DNA of 63,772 bases, filler included, from Octopus bimaculoides (taxonomy: Eukaryota): NCBI RefSeq assembly GCF_001194135.2. It is 8 parts of 8 records of this genome, joined end to end, with 100 filler letters (N's around TTAATTAATTAA, not from the genome) between each part and the next. Parts side by side here need not be neighbours in the genome. Positions count along the whole stretch, not along the records: positions 58,862 to 62,311 come from NC_068983.1; positions 62,412 to 63,772 come from NW_026370086.1; 6 more parts are not named here. One strand, written 5' to 3'. The translations under genes were made by a program, and so were the position numbers. Below the pieces are notes generated by a model. That model did not search any database, was not told the origin of the DNA, and saw only the letters and a list, made by a program, of their open reading frames with translations. Below, one piece after another: positions 61,823-63,772 of this stretch (positions are counted from its first letter, which is position 1; every line of letters starts with the position of its first letter).

Positions 61823-62411
61823 TATTGTAGCACTATTGTTGAAGAATGCTTTTAGCTTCTAGTATTAGCTAGAGTTAAAGAGGGCAATATAAACTGGTCG
61901 GAACGAGAGGTTTTCATTTCCTCTGCACTTAATATTACCCATGTATATCCCAGTAGATATGAGCTAATGAACTTTTGCTTCTACTATATTAATATGAATG
62001 TGTTTCAATGTTTTTGTGTTGTTTGTGTGTGTGTGTGTGATATATATATATATATATATGTATGTATACATGTCTCTTAAAGGATAGAGCTCAAAATCAA
62101 TGCATTGAAGATACTTTATTGCAGCAACAATTATAATAACAGAAACAACCACAATAAGCCAAACCTATGCACATTTCAATAGGGTATCCCGGAAATCTTG
62201 ATGTACATGGGGGATGAATTTTTGGCAAGGGATTTTTACGCTGTAAACCGGGCGGTGTACGTCGCTGGATTTCGGTTGACTGGTTTGTTTACATTCTGTA
62301 AGAAAATAACGNNNNNNNNNNNNNNNNNNNNNNNNNNNNNNNNNNNNNNNNNNNNTTAATTAATTAANNNNNNNNNNNNNNNNNNNNNNNNNNNNNNNNN
62401 NNNNNNNNNNN

Positions 62412-62452
<41 letters not shown>

Positions 62453-63772
62453 TTGTTGTTGTTGCTATGCCAACCATTACCAAAAGTTTGTGGTACTCCA
62501 GTATGGCCACAGTGTGGATGAATGAAATTAGTGAGAAAAAGAAACAAAACAAACAAACGCAAACAAGAAATTGAAACCCCAAAAAAAAAAAATGAATGAA
62601 AGGTCTTGCGAGGGTGGGGAACACTACATAGTCGCTTGACCTGTTAGAAATAGCAACCAAATCTCAGGCAAATCGTGCTTTGGGTCCTGAAAAGCAGAGC
62701 AGTGCATCGGATGAGGAAGTTTTTTTTTAGTATCCAAGAGTGAAAGGCTGGACGGGCATGGTTGGAGCGCAGAGCTGTCATAAGGTATGGGCTCGCTGCG
62801 CAGTTACCCAGGGTTAACACGGATCTGGAAGCCCTATTTTGATCTATATAAGCTGTGGTTTGCTGTCAGTAAATATATACTATAGAGCCCAGTGCATTGA
62901 TCTGTCCAGGGGCCGCACGGACCTTAGGGACCGATTCTGATCTATACATGCTGTGGCTTGCTGTCAAATAATAAATACTTTTAAGGTCCGGGTACACGGA
63001 TTTGCTCGAGGACCTTTCATGCTGCTACGACGGGCCTACTAGGACGTTTTTTCATTATGACAGAAATTTGCTCTGTCAGGACAGACCTGGGGTTAAAAGA
63101 ATGCGAGAGAGAGATAGAGAGTGGGGTGATAGAGAGAGAGAAAAACAAGACAGAATGTAAATATAACAAGTAATAAAGCTGAACTCACCAATCGTCGAGG
63201 AAAAATACATGGATAAGAAACCGAGAATTAGCAGGTTATTCCATTTCAAATAAATTGTTGCCATTGTAAATCGTAAACCATAAAAACGTTATACCTCATA
63301 TATATTGTATATATCATATATATATGTGTGTGTGTGTGTGATATAAACAAGATCCGAAGGGTGAAAAAAAATGAGAGAGAGAAAAGAGAGAGAGAAAATG
63401 TTGGAGTTATTATAACAGTAGCTTCAAACTGTGATGTGTTTGTTGTGAGTCGACAAACATTTAGAAGCCAGCAGCATCAGCAGCAGCAGCAGCAGCGGGA
63501 GAAGTTGGTAGCATCGGCGGCAGAGACAGCAGAACGAACACATAGATTGGTGAATGTTTCTATTTACAAACGTGAGAGAGGGGGAGGGGGGAGAAAAGAG
63601 AAGCACTTAAACGTGTGTACGTATGTATCTTTGTGTGTGTGTGCGTGTTTACGAACGCTGTTGTTGATTTTGCGATTTTTCAATTGAAAAACTTCTCAAA
63701 TTGAGCATTCTTCGCCGAATTTTACTTTTTAACACAAAATTTCTTTCGGTTCGTTTCAGGTTAATGATTTTC

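Overview
AT-rich, gap-rich eukaryotic draft sequence. It is very probably cephalopod (Octopus-like), judged from recognition of its SINE/MITE families; this is not proven. It is not one contig: seven 100-bp artificial joints (44 N + TTAATTAATTAA + 44 N) split it into eight pieces, so linkage across joints is unproven. Four protein-coding genes are supported: (1) a 3-coding-exon TMEM127 orthologue (+, 5099-21217) with a ~345-aa low-complexity N-terminal extension carrying four extra PY-type motifs; (2) an intronless PPP5C/PP5 (-, 49157-50611); (3) POLR2J/RPB11 exons 1-3 (+, 54784-58172), missed by the ORF track; (4) an intronless orphan class A GPCR (+, 60151-61233) with a remodelled sodium pocket. 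The rest is transposon debris (Buster hAT, Tigger, two mariners, piggyBac-like MITEs, RTE and CR1 LINE pieces, three Penelope-type GIY-YIG remnants), several SINE families and mini/microsatellites. The most striking unannotated signal is a set of type I hammerhead-ribozyme motifs from several unrelated repeat families. Two have complete cores (28664-28753 and 38759-38803), two sets lie in inverted-repeat arrangements (1699-1908, 44894-45795), and one is sense-oriented in TMEM127 intron 1. All structures were folded by eye and need computational and experimental confirmation.
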